A DNA stretch of 53,682 bases from a virus (taxonomy: Duplodnaviria > Caudoviricetes): positions 1 through 53,682 of the IMG/VR virus record IMGVR_UViG_3300031825_000171; one strand, written 5' to 3'. The translations under genes were made by a program, and so were the position numbers. Positions 44,527 to 53,682 of the stretch are shown here, one piece after another (position 1 is the first letter of the stretch; every line of letters begins with the position of its first letter). Under the pieces are notes generated by a model, which worked only from the letters and a program-made list of their open reading frames with translations, was not told the DNA's origin and made no database searches.

Positions 44527-45846
44527 TTAGAACCCCAAAGTGATGTAATATGCCTGCGGCGTCCCGGAAGTCGATGTGAGCGAGACTTGAGACGTGTTGA
44601 CCACGCTGGCCTGAATAGCTGAAAGCCCGTTATTAGTAGTGGCGACCACTGAGAACACTTGGGTCGGGAACGTTATGGGGAGGCCATTTACAGAGCCGCC
44701 GGGCGAGGTCGCACCATTTCCCCACTGCACAATCAACCCGCCCGAAAACTTCATATAACCGGCGGATGACAGCGACTTGCCGGACGCCAACCCGGAAGAC
44801 GTGACTGCGCGCGCTGTATCAACACCCGCCAACGCCTCCGCATTGGTTGCGAGCTCTACGAGGCCTGGAGAAATTTCTGTAGCTTGGACACCGAACGACA
44901 GGGACCTCCAGTTCGCCCCGTCGCTTTGCAGTACTGCAATATCACCCCCGGCGGCGAGTGTGATGTTGTTTGCATTAAACGCTTGGGGTGAATGAAAATT
45001 TGCTGACGCCGTAGAATCGTCAATTATGGTCGTGCCAGCCGCAGCGTTGATGAGCTGCACAGCAAATACAAACCCAGCCCCCAACCCGGAAGCATCCGCA
45101 TCTATCGTGAGATTCCCGCCGCTATCCGCATTCGAGAGAATCAAGTTTCCACGGTGCGCCGAGGTAACAGTAAACGTCGCACCCGCCGATCGAAGTGCCG
45201 TTACCGAAGGCCAATGCTGCGCACTCCCCCACTTCATCCCGCCCGTTTGCGACGAGTCCGCAACGAGAGCGAGATTGTTTGATCCGACGGCCAGCGTTCC
45301 CGCAACACCAGGAGCCGTGCCGACGATTAGATCGCCTTTGGCGTCGATGAGGGACGATATAGAATAACCAGCCTCGGATATGGCGTAATAACCATTCCCG
45401 GCCTCGTTTACCGCGAACGCAGCGGATGCGCCAGCAGGAAGCGTCTTGTTTGCCGCGGAGCCGTCTATGGTGTCGCCAACAGTAGCGCGACCTATGGTTA
45501 TCGAGACTCCTGAGCTATTGCGTATCCTAACGATGTAGCCATTAGCCATCGAAGCCGCGTCGCCCAGAGAAATCGTGAACGTGGACGTAACAGACGAAGG
45601 CACTTCCAGCGTCCGCATGTGGTCACTGGCAACGGTGGAATCCGCAGACGTTACGGATCGCGCGGAGTAATCGAACGCGGTGACGAGCTTGGAATTGATA
45701 CCCTCAATGGCGGTCTTGAGGGGATCGGGAAGCTTCTCCTTGATCGTCGCCCATTTGACCTTATTCGATTCAGAGGTCGAGCCGTCGTCACTCGGGGGGG
45801 TGGCGTTATAGCCTGAGACGGTCTCTGTTGCGTACTTCGTTCCCAT
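44527..45846 (-). CDS. Tail fibre (long allele)
   Basis: Same N- and C-terminal domains as 1472-2320 plus central insertion. Confidence 0.85.
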   Translation of the reverse strand: MGTKYATETVSGYNATPPSDDGSTSESNKVKWATIKEKLPDPLKTAIEGINSKLVTAFDYSARSVTSADSTVASDHMRTLEVPSSVTSTFTISLGDAASMANGYIVRIRNSSGVSITIGRATVGDTIDGSAANKTLPAGASAAFAVNEAGNGYYAISEAGYSISSLIDAKGDLIVGTAPGVAGTLAVGSNNLALVADSSQTGGMKWGSAQHWPSVTALRSAGATFTVTSAHRGNLILSNADSGGNLTIDADASGLGAGFVFAVQLINAAAGTTIIDDSTASANFHSPQAFNANNITLAAGGDIAVLQSDGANWRSLSFGVQATEISPGLVELATNAEALAGVDTARAVTSSGLASGKSLSSAGYMKFSGGLIVQWGNGATSPGGSVNGLPITFPTQVFSVVATTNNGLSAIQASVVNTSQVSLTSTSGTPQAYYITLGF

Positions 45847-45870
45847 GTTGTTATCCTTGTTATTGGGAAT

Positions 45871-45895
45871 AAAAAAACCGCCCGGAGGCGGCTTT
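45871..45895 (-). terminator. Rho-independent terminator
   Basis: Identical to 2344-2368. Confidence 0.8.
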
Positions 45896-46000
45896 ATGGA
45901 CAAATTGCTAAGCGAGTTACAGCAGATTAAGTTTTCGCTTAAGGCTATTGGATGGCTGCTGGTGCTGATTGCGCTGATACTGACTTGGAAACTGAGTTAA
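45896..46000 (+). CDS. 34-aa membrane peptide antisense to ejection gene (allele C)
   Basis: MDKLLSELQQIKFSLKAIGWLLVLIALILTWKLS; same RBS/ATG as 2369; resembles 30856-31035. Confidence 0.7.
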   Translation: MDKLLSELQQIKFSLKAIGWLLVLIALILTWKLS

Positions 46001-47855
46001 CGTACTGCGTCAGCTCATCCCGCAAAGCATCGTCTTTAGTTTCATTGGCAATCACGCCAAGCCGGGCAAGATAAGCCGCCGCGTTCTCAGGCTTCACCTT
46101 TGGGGCCTGCGACAGCCAATCAACAATCTTCGGGCTGGTGAGCATCTTTGAGCCTATGAAGGAGCCTGCTATCAGCGTTGCCGCCTGCCCGACCTGACCG
46201 GATGCCGCGAGATAGCCAAGACCATAGGGCGCAACAGCCCCCGCAGTCCCCGACGGATTCGCAAACACCTTTCCTCCAGAGCGTATGTCGTCGGCAACCG
46301 TGGCCAGCGCAGTCAGGTTCTTGCGTTGCGTCGCATTGGGGAATAACTGGCTCTTTGCTTCAGGCGAGAGGCGGTTCCAGTTGGTTAGAAATGTCTCGCT
46401 AGAGAATACGTCGCCTACATCGTTCTGACGACCCGGAGTTGCACGCCCTAGCCTCTGCACTACTGCATCCGTGACCACCTGGCGTTCCGAGGGCTCAAGG
46501 CTGCGCATAACAGCACGAAGCTTGTTAGACTGATTCGGGTCCGTGGGATTGACGGCTTTAAATATGTCCTCAGGCTGCCTTCCCTTTCCCAATACACGCT
46601 CAAGCACCGTTTCTACACGGTCCATACGAGCGCGATAATAATTAGACTGGCGTGCGAATTCTTGCCCAGCGCCAGAGGCGTTAGCTGTGGCTTCCAGGTC
46701 TTTGGAAAGCGCCCCGTAAACGCGTTTCAGCTCTCCACCGGGTATTCCAGAAACCAGGCTGTCATCGAGCATGGAGCCGACCTTCGACCGAAGCTGCCGC
46801 ATGGCATCGAACGGAAGAGCGCCATTATTCGCTTTCAGATCCGCCGCGAGGTTCGCTTTAATTTCAGCCAGTTTCGGGTTGACTAAAGCGCCCGTCGTTT
46901 TCTCGGCACCACGTACCGGAGTCGTCAGAGCGTCCAACGCTTGAACGGTGTTCGTGGGCGTAGCTGATGCGTTCCCGACCTTCTGGGCTAACTTGTCGTC
47001 TAGTTGCTGCCAAGTAGCTTTCGTGCGGTCAAGAAATCCGCCTACGCCCTTCTCTATCGTTCTGCCCGCATCCTCTGCCGAAACCCCGGTAGCCGTATTC
47101 TTGGACAAGTCCTTTTGCTGCGTTTCGACAAACTTACGGAACACGCCCTGCCCACCGGGGAACTTGGAGAGCAGATTTTCAAAACCTTGAATGAAGTTGA
47201 GCCGAGCGGCCTGACCGACAGACGGTTGTGCCCCGGCCTCCTTAAAGGCTTCCATCTGCGGTTTCATGCGATTCGCAACAGACTGGCGCGCAGCGGTCGC
47301 AACCTGACCCGCAACAGCAGGCACCATAGAGCCAAGTGCTGGAGCCAATGGATTGTCCGAGACTTCCCCACCAACAGCCGCGCCCGCTCCAGAGGCTAGA
47401 ACGGCCCCAGGATTGCGAATCGCAGCAGGACCGGCACCGCCAGCCACGACGCCGCCCCGGTAAAGCATCCGGCTTACCGCATCATCGGGACGAGGATTAT
47501 CTACGCCAATGCCATACTTGCGGAGCTTGTTGGCTATCCATTCAGACGTGCCGATATTGCCGCTGGAAAGCTCCGGGGCAAGATCAGGTCTGCCCGCTGC
47601 CGTGGCAATGGTCCCAACGCCCGCTTTGGCGAGGTTATAGACGTTCTGAGCCGTGTCCATAGGCAACCCTACCAATCCGGCAATACCCCTGTTAGCTCCC
47701 GTTATGACAGCATTTACGCGGTCCGTAGCCGTTGCCTCGGGCTTGGGCGCGGAGCGGACCTTTACAAGCTCGTTTGCCAGCGCCGTAGCTGCTGCCGTAT
47801 CCCCAGCTTTGTCCGCGTTTACGAGTGCGGCCTCTAGTTCTTGTGTGGTCGCCAT
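45945..47855 (-). CDS. Ejection protein 3 (allele C)
   Basis: Synteny; only distant similarity to allele A. Confidence 0.7.
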   Translation of the reverse strand: MATTQELEAALVNADKAGDTAAATALANELVKVRSAPKPEATATDRVNAVITGANRGIAGLVGLPMDTAQNVYNLAKAGVGTIATAAGRPDLAPELSSGNIGTSEWIANKLRKYGIGVDNPRPDDAVSRMLYRGGVVAGGAGPAAIRNPGAVLASGAGAAVGGEVSDNPLAPALGSMVPAVAGQVATAARQSVANRMKPQMEAFKEAGAQPSVGQAARLNFIQGFENLLSKFPGGQGVFRKFVETQQKDLSKNTATGVSAEDAGRTIEKGVGGFLDRTKATWQQLDDKLAQKVGNASATPTNTVQALDALTTPVRGAEKTTGALVNPKLAEIKANLAADLKANNGALPFDAMRQLRSKVGSMLDDSLVSGIPGGELKRVYGALSKDLEATANASGAGQEFARQSNYYRARMDRVETVLERVLGKGRQPEDIFKAVNPTDPNQSNKLRAVMRSLEPSERQVVTDAVVQRLGRATPGRQNDVGDVFSSETFLTNWNRLSPEAKSQLFPNATQRKNLTALATVADDIRSGGKVFANPSGTAGAVAPYGLGYLAASGQVGQAATLIAGSFIGSKMLTSPKIVDWLSQAPKVKPENAAAYLARLGVIANETKDDALRDELTQYVNSVSKSVSAQSAPAAIQ

Positions 47856-49018
47856 TACGACGTGTATTTCTTAACGAGATCGTCAATGTTAGGTCCGGTA
47901 TTTACCCCGGACGGCTGTAGAACATTGGGCACCTTGTAGCCGGATTCCTTGTAAAAGTCCTTAGTTTCCTGAACCTGTTTCTGGTATTCGGACACGAAGC
48001 GGGACAGCTTGCGTTTTGCCACGTCAGGCGAATCAGTGACGAGCGGGATAAACGGACGCAGGCGTGGAAACTCAGCTGCGGTTACAGCCGCACCGGAGCG
48101 GTCATGTATGACCAAGCTTCCAAGATCCCCAATAGCAGCCCGAGTCGATACGCCATTAGGGTCAGTGCGCTGCAATATCGCATCCGGGGCATAAGCCTTC
48201 ACGCCGGTAGCATTCGGGTCGCCCTGCACGTCGCCAACCTTTTGCCCGCTAATTAGGGCTAGTGCTTGCTCTGCCCTGCGGAGATTTTGCTGATTCTCCA
48301 TGAGCTTTTGAGCGGCAGAGACCGGAAGCGCCTTTTCTGCCGCAGCTTTTGGCGGAGCATCGCCTATCTTCGATCCCGTTCTGGCGTCGATGACAATGGC
48401 TTTAGTCGGGTCGTTAGGGTCTGCAACCGTGGTAGTCGATACCGCATGCGCGGGGCGCATGGAAGCGGTCAGGCGGGCAAGCTCCATCCTGCCATCCTGA
48501 ACGATCTTCGCTATGGAGCGCTGATCTTCCCCGCGTTGCCGGGCTGCTTCCACTTGAGCCGCTATGCGCTCTCTCGCTGCTGTTAGAGTCGCCTCACGTG
48601 TCGCCTGACGATCTATAGAGGACTGCTGAGTCTTGAGAACATCAGCGGGAGAGCCATATCTAGCCGCCACCCCCGCAAGCTGTTCTTGGGTCGCGTCCGG
48701 CCCCAACTGTTGAAGTTCACCCCGAAACGCCTGCTCTCGTTGAGCTTCCGCCGCAGCCTTCTGAGCGGCTAGGCTGGGTCCGCCAAGCAATTCCGTGGGC
48801 ACGTTAATCCCACGAGCAGACAACGCCGCAGCGGCCTTCTCAGGGGCAATAGCACCGCTCTCCACCTGTCGGGCCAGTTGCTGAACGAGCATTTGCGCTT
48901 GCTGGGCTTGCAAAACACGGTTGCGCTGATCTTCTTCCATGTTCGCAGATTGAATGCGAGGGTTAAGAACACCCGCCGCCCTTTGAAGTCCGCCGGCCAA
49001 GTCATCCAGGTAAGCCAT
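47855..49018 (-). CDS. Ejection protein 2 (allele C)
   Basis: First ~95 aa match allele A, remainder not alignable by eye. Confidence 0.7.
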   Translation of the reverse strand: MAYLDDLAGGLQRAAGVLNPRIQSANMEEDQRNRVLQAQQAQMLVQQLARQVESGAIAPEKAAAALSARGINVPTELLGGPSLAAQKAAAEAQREQAFRGELQQLGPDATQEQLAGVAARYGSPADVLKTQQSSIDRQATREATLTAARERIAAQVEAARQRGEDQRSIAKIVQDGRMELARLTASMRPAHAVSTTTVADPNDPTKAIVIDARTGSKIGDAPPKAAAEKALPVSAAQKLMENQQNLRRAEQALALISGQKVGDVQGDPNATGVKAYAPDAILQRTDPNGVSTRAAIGDLGSLVIHDRSGAAVTAAEFPRLRPFIPLVTDSPDVAKRKLSRFVSEYQKQVQETKDFYKESGYKVPNVLQPSGVNTGPNIDDLVKKYTS

Positions 49019-50517
49019 TAGCGCCCCAATACGTTGGTTTGTTGCGGACGAAGACCGCCGGCCAGAGCGTAAAGCGCGGAGCCATACAGATTGTTCTTGA
49101 GCTCGCGTTCCTTGGCCTGTGCGTCCAGCAGCTTGGAGGCAACACCTGATTGCAGAGTCAGTTGGTTATTCATCCCCGTTCCGAGAATATCCGCCCTGCC
49201 CCTGTCCCTGACCGTGTTGTAGTTGGTCAGATCCATGTTGCCGAAGCTCGACCCCGATACGCCACGGTCTTGCAGACTTTGAGTAAGCCTCCCGTAACCT
49301 TGGGCGGTCGTTTCGTCATAAGGATCGGTAAGAGACTTGAGATAAGGGGATTGATTACCCTGGAGTCCGTTATAGATGCTGTCCAGCTTGGATGTATCGA
49401 ACGGGCCTTGATTCTTGGCATAATTGATCGCCGCAAGAGAAGGTCCTAGGGCGAGGGCACCACCAAGAGCGCCGTTCCCGCCGAACAGGCCATTTTTACC
49501 TAAGAGTTGATCTAACCCATTCGGCTGTCCGTTGGCCTGACTGCCCAACAGAAGCTTTTGCAGCGTGGAACTATTCGGGAGAAAGTTAAACCCGCCAGAG
49601 GAAAGCGACGAACCCAGCGAGCTCCCCGGAGCGGAGGCGACTTGCGCTATCTGCTGAGGAGACAACCCCTGTCCCGCAAGTTGAGCAAGGTCCGCCGCCG
49701 CCAAAGCATCGAAACCGTAAGACTGAGAAAGTATCGTCTCTATCTGCGCTTGCGGTATGCCTTGAGCGGCTAGTTGAGCAGCATCGGCAGCAGCGAAATC
49801 CGCGAGACTCGTGTCAGCGCCAGTTCCAAACAGGTTTTGAACACCGCTAGAAATGTTACCCAGAATGTCATCGAAGAATCCCACATTACCTCCACTACCG
49901 GCTGCACCGCTAAGTGCCCCCGCATCAGCCGCCATTCCTCCGGCATAGCCCGCCCCGCCTTCGGCAGAAACCCATCCAGCACCGGCACCTTCACCGGCAG
50001 CTGCGCCACCACCAAGGGCCGCACCGCCCGCCGCACCAAATCCAGCGAGAATAGCCCCAAGGGCGAGTTTGCTCGTCCAGTGATCGGGTTCAGCGGTACC
50101 AAAGTCAAACGGGTTGCGTTGGTCTGTAGTTTCTCCCTTGTAATATTCCTTACCCGTGCGCGGGTCGATCTCGAATTGCCCCGTCCCGTTCTGTGAACTG
50201 TAGTAATCCTCGACGGTCCTGATGCCGCGCCGTTGCGCCTCTGCGCTACGATCAATCACAGATTGAAGCCCGGAGCGCCCGCCAGTGTTCGCTCCAACTT
50301 CGACATAGCCGGCTTTTCGCAGCTCATTATTGAACTGTTCCGCTTGCCACGCATTGAAGTCGAAGTTCTCCCCTATATAACCGTCCTCCAAGAGTCGGCG
50401 CTCTGGGCGCGACAGTTCATCGCCCTGCTGCATGCGCGCTTGTAGCGGTGCTCGCATGGACGCGAGGACATCTTCTAGCGTGTACTGACCGGGAAGCCTG
50501 AGGTCTGAAAGAGCCAT
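49018..50517 (-). CDS. Ejection protein 1 (allele C)
   Basis: Block-wise identity to allele A. Confidence 0.7.
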   Translation of the reverse strand: MALSDLRLPGQYTLEDVLASMRAPLQARMQQGDELSRPERRLLEDGYIGENFDFNAWQAEQFNNELRKAGYVEVGANTGGRSGLQSVIDRSAEAQRRGIRTVEDYYSSQNGTGQFEIDPRTGKEYYKGETTDQRNPFDFGTAEPDHWTSKLALGAILAGFGAAGGAALGGGAAAGEGAGAGWVSAEGGAGYAGGMAADAGALSGAAGSGGNVGFFDDILGNISSGVQNLFGTGADTSLADFAAADAAQLAAQGIPQAQIETILSQSYGFDALAAADLAQLAGQGLSPQQIAQVASAPGSSLGSSLSSGGFNFLPNSSTLQKLLLGSQANGQPNGLDQLLGKNGLFGGNGALGGALALGPSLAAINYAKNQGPFDTSKLDSIYNGLQGNQSPYLKSLTDPYDETTAQGYGRLTQSLQDRGVSGSSFGNMDLTNYNTVRDRGRADILGTGMNNQLTLQSGVASKLLDAQAKERELKNNLYGSALYALAGGLRPQQTNVLGR

Positions 50518-51038
50518 TAGCTCCCCCTCCCACGGACGGAGTACAGGTATTCGCTCTCGTCAGATTGCCCGAGGAAATACAGCAGCTCATAGAGCTTGAG
50601 ATGGTCAGGTAGTGTCATTTTTTCTTTTTGTGTCCTGACGAGGATGATTCCGGTTTTCTTGGAGCCGCGCAGCATGTTCAAAAACGCTACGCTCCCCCTG
50701 AGTGTGTTTCGCCTGCTCGCCCACTTGAAGAACACGCCCTTTACCTCAACGATCATCCCGGCTGTGTTCGTGCCCATTAACGCGATAGGCCCATGTCCGG
50801 ACGAAAAGCTCTTACTTTTGTCGTCCACAATCCACGTCTGCTGATACGGACTGTCCTCTATCGTCTTGACGAAATCGGCTTGCGACATACCGTCTGGAAT
50901 AGGGAAAGATCCTGCCTTATACGCAGCCCAAAGAATCCCCATGTCTTTCGAGTACTGCTCACCGTCCAGTATTTCCAGCCTGCGGATAACGGGCCTTCCG
51001 CCCCTAAACAGCCGTTCCCTGCGTTCCCTGGGCGTCAA
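50517..51038 (-). CDS. Virion assembly protein (allele C)
   Basis: Close homolog of 7257-7778. Confidence 0.55.
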   Translation of the reverse strand: MTPRERRERLFRGGRPVIRRLEILDGEQYSKDMGILWAAYKAGSFPIPDGMSQADFVKTIEDSPYQQTWIVDDKSKSFSSGHGPIALMGTNTAGMIVEVKGVFFKWASRRNTLRGSVAFLNMLRGSKKTGIILVRTQKEKMTLPDHLKLYELLYFLGQSDESEYLYSVRGRGS

Positions 51039-52606
51039 GCCAGCTCCACGTTATCCACCTGCCACGTCTTAGTCGTCAGCGCGGTAAACGTCGCAGAAGC
51101 GGCCGTACCTCGACCCACCTGCGAAAAGTTCTGATGGCTCACCTTGTCCGCGAACGAGAATCCTTGATTGAAATAAGCCTCGCCACCAAAGTAGACGGAG
51201 CCACCGAAATACCCGCCAGTGTCACCGGGCGGCGGGCCTTTGAGCGTCACGCTTGCAGTGCTCGTGTTGTACTCGTCCGCCCAATCAACGCTAATGCCAA
51301 AACTGACCTCATTGAAGCGTCGGTACTGAACGCTGCCCCTCGTAATACGTCGTATGTTGGTATCGTAAAGGCGCGTCTTTCTGATGAGCTGAATGGATGA
51401 CCCCCCTGCGTCTCCGCTCGTACCTGTTCCATTCATATCGAATACCCGACCATCGGACGCCCCAAAGTAAACCGTTGTTTCCGTCGTTCCTGGGCGGCGC
51501 ATGAACTTCGCTGCTGAGGTATTGAATCCTGCGGAATCATCCGTTCGATAAATAGACCACGGCGAGAGCTTCGCCCGCTCACCCTTCTCCCCTATCAATG
51601 CACCGGAAAATAAGATGTCCTTGAACAGGACTAGAACCTTAGAGGTCAGGAAGAAAAACACCTTCTGGTTCTGCTGGTCATATATTGCTATGCAACCCGT
51701 CAGGTTCTTAACCGTCGTCGGTATCCATCGTGATAAATCATCTGCCGCAACGTCACCATAATTCTGGGTCGAGATAAGGCTATCGATGTTTCCGCCTTTT
51801 CTCATGTACGTGATGTCATTGCCCGTCGATACCATCGACTCCGTACCAACCGCCTGCGAACCGGGATAGAAGTTGTCCCACTTGTAAGTACTCGGACTGG
51901 TACCCGACAACTTGAACAGCGACCCTTCTACCGTGGAGATGATCAGATCACCGGCTAGCGTCTTTGCAACACCATTAATCGATCTAAGGTCCGGCGTAAG
52001 CATGTAAAACGCCTCGAGACCCGTGCTAAATGAGCCGCCGCCGTCTGTAGTGGGGCCGCCTCTTTTCGTTGTGTCGTATGAAGTCGGGTCTTCAAACGCG
52101 CTCGCCACCATCAAATGCGGCGTATCACTCCCCGCGGTGACGTTGAACAGCCACACACGACCGTTATGCACAATCCCATATTTCGCATACAGGGTGGACC
52201 CTAACCCGGTCGTAATGGCGCTAAAGGTCGTGCCGTCCCATTTGGAAACGGCCGTCAGCTTTGCGAGGTCCGTGATGACCAGGTGATCGTGCAATGACCA
52301 GTAAGTGTCCCTGAGTTGAGACGAGGCATCACAGCTTCCCTTGCTCGTCCATGTCGTAGAGCCATCCCACAGGTAAACGGCATTGCCGGATTGAACCAGA
52401 GTTGTTTCCGAGTCATCGCGCTTGACGAGCTGCATGAATCCGCGGATATCTCCCGCATTCGGGGCGGTTCCTTTAAGGTCGAACGGCATACGCGGAATGA
52501 GTTTGTTCGAGTCCTTAGAAAGATCGAAGTTATACGACCCCGCAGCGGCTTCGTTGATGTCTGGCTGCTGCTGCTCGTTAAGACCGCCGCCGAAATAGAG
52601 CTTCAA
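51035..52606 (-). CDS. Tail nozzle protein (allele C)
   Basis: Close homolog of 7775-9346, same length. Confidence 0.75.
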   Translation of the reverse strand: MKLYFGGGLNEQQQPDINEAAAGSYNFDLSKDSNKLIPRMPFDLKGTAPNAGDIRGFMQLVKRDDSETTLVQSGNAVYLWDGSTTWTSKGSCDASSQLRDTYWSLHDHLVITDLAKLTAVSKWDGTTFSAITTGLGSTLYAKYGIVHNGRVWLFNVTAGSDTPHLMVASAFEDPTSYDTTKRGGPTTDGGGSFSTGLEAFYMLTPDLRSINGVAKTLAGDLIISTVEGSLFKLSGTSPSTYKWDNFYPGSQAVGTESMVSTGNDITYMRKGGNIDSLISTQNYGDVAADDLSRWIPTTVKNLTGCIAIYDQQNQKVFFFLTSKVLVLFKDILFSGALIGEKGERAKLSPWSIYRTDDSAGFNTSAAKFMRRPGTTETTVYFGASDGRVFDMNGTGTSGDAGGSSIQLIRKTRLYDTNIRRITRGSVQYRRFNEVSFGISVDWADEYNTSTASVTLKGPPPGDTGGYFGGSVYFGGEAYFNQGFSFADKVSHQNFSQVGRGTAASATFTALTTKTWQVDNVELA

Positions 52607-53310
52607 CGGTAGATCGCTCCATAAGAGCGTCGCGGATTTTCACCCTTTATCAGCTTCAGCAGCGTGGCATACGCCGTCGTATAGGTGCGGTCCTTGTCCA
52701 GGACTGCAACTATATCCATCTCGTTTTTTACGTCCTCGTACGCGAACTTGAAGCGCCGCGAACACATCTCCGTGAACGAGTAGTTTTCTTCGTCGTTGTG
52801 GAAAGGCAAGGTGTCCGAGACCGCACTGACCATCACCGACCCCTCGTACTCGTAGGTCCACGCATCCCCATTTTCGGCAGAGGATGGAACTTGGAAGAAT
52901 CCCACCTTCTTGGTGCTGGTCGGCTCCCAATAGAACCAGATCGGATCACCGTATTGCGTCGCGTAGTCGTAATACCCTATCTGCAACCTTTCGAGCCCAC
53001 CGGGAAACTCGTAAATCTGCCGATTGTCCGTAGCGCGATAGAAATGAGGGAGGCCGAAAAATCGAGTAAAGTCGGTCGCCAGAGAATACGTGCGCTGCTC
53101 CGTGACGAACGTAATGGTTCCCGTCGTCTTTCTCTCGGAGGGAATGAGCCTTTCGGCAATCAACTTGACCAACTCATCCTGAATCGCCACGACGGCGAGA
53201 TTCAGCGAGGCGTTATGCTGCGTATCGGACAGAGTCACCACCAGGTCCGTATCGCCCCTGATAATGGCGTTCTTACGCAAGATTCTGTTGATTGTCTCTA
53301 TCAGCGTCAT
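52603..53310 (-). CDS. Head-tail adaptor (allele C)
   Basis: Close homolog of 9343-10050. Confidence 0.75.
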   Translation of the reverse strand: MTLIETINRILRKNAIIRGDTDLVVTLSDTQHNASLNLAVVAIQDELVKLIAERLIPSERKTTGTITFVTEQRTYSLATDFTRFFGLPHFYRATDNRQIYEFPGGLERLQIGYYDYATQYGDPIWFYWEPTSTKKVGFFQVPSSAENGDAWTYEYEGSVMVSAVSDTLPFHNDEENYSFTEMCSRRFKFAYEDVKNEMDIVAVLDKDRTYTTAYATLLKLIKGENPRRSYGAIYR

Positions 53311-53600
53311 ACGAGCTCCACAGCTCCGAACTTGGACCGCAGCGCATCCAGTAGAAGATGCTGCATACCCTGCCTGTTCTGCTGAGAGCCGAGCATCGTC
53401 CCGGTTATATTTGTTTTGAATGTAAAGCTATACACGTTTCCGTCTATCCACACGGAGACGGAGATTTCGTTGCTTCTTTTTCGTGGGGCTTTGGGTTGCT
53501 GCGGTAGCTTGATTTCAGTTGTGGCGACAGCCTCTTGAATATCAGTCTTGCGCGACGCCTTTGCTTCGTACCGCAGCCTTGCCTTATCGAACTCGGACAT
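53307..53600 (-). CDS. Hypothetical protein (allele C)
   Basis: Homolog of 10047-10340. Confidence 0.75.
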   Translation of the reverse strand: MSEFDKARLRYEAKASRKTDIQEAVATTEIKLPQQPKAPRKRSNEISVSVWIDGNVYSFTFKTNITGTMLGSQQNRQGMQHLLLDALRSKFGAVELV

Positions 53601-53682
53601 AAAGCCCCATGAAAAAGGGGCTTACCGAAGCCAGCCCCAGTTGAACTACGGATTACAGCTTGCTTGCGCCGCTGCGGATTTT
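53556..53682. repeat. Exact 127-nt repeat of 10296-10422 (includes capsid 3' end)
   Basis: Base-by-base comparison; mismatches resume at 53554-53555. Confidence 0.95.

Larger units (their letters stand above)
43310..53682. mobile_element. Second allele (module C) of tail/ejection module
   Basis: Gene-for-gene counterpart of 1-10422. Confidence 0.93.

Noticed and set aside
45847-45903. N-terminal extension of the long fibre in the ORF track
   Set aside because: Runs through the terminator; allele A and the RBS place the start at 45846
43310-53682. Invertible or switchable second tail cassette within a single genome
   Set aside because: Same orientation, no invertase, and k-mer-length exact ends point to a graph path through two variants or tandem copies

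Overview
The window is essentially one complete temperate podovirus-type phage of about 43.3 kb, plus a second, divergent allele of its 10-kb tail/ejection module. It has P22-like terminase, portal and ejection genes, an N4-gp56-type major capsid protein, lambdoid cI/cro/cII/Q regulation, and a tyrosine integrase with an intact attP whose core is the 3' half of tRNA-Leu(UAA). The host is probably proteobacterial. The first 126 nt and last 127 nt are exact copies of internal sequence (43310-43435 and 10296-10422). The contig is therefore most simply a path 'module A - shared core - module C' through two co-occurring variants (43,309 and 43,260 bp circles); a tandem dilysogen is the alternative. 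Main candidates for new biology: (1) small antisense membrane peptides overlapping the 3' end of the last ejection gene, different in each allele and exchanged with it, one with a look-alike next to cI (candidate allele-matched superinfection exclusion); (2) four glycosyltransferases and a methyltransferase between terS and terL (candidate virion glycosylation); (3) a counter-oriented operon of five small unknown proteins ending in an Aca4/TrfB-like HTH (candidate anti-defence locus); (4) pentapeptide- and hexapeptide-repeat early proteins sharing one C-terminal domain; (5) several structured non-coding regions and probable ATA/ATC starts. All family calls come from motif recognition by eye; no searches were run.
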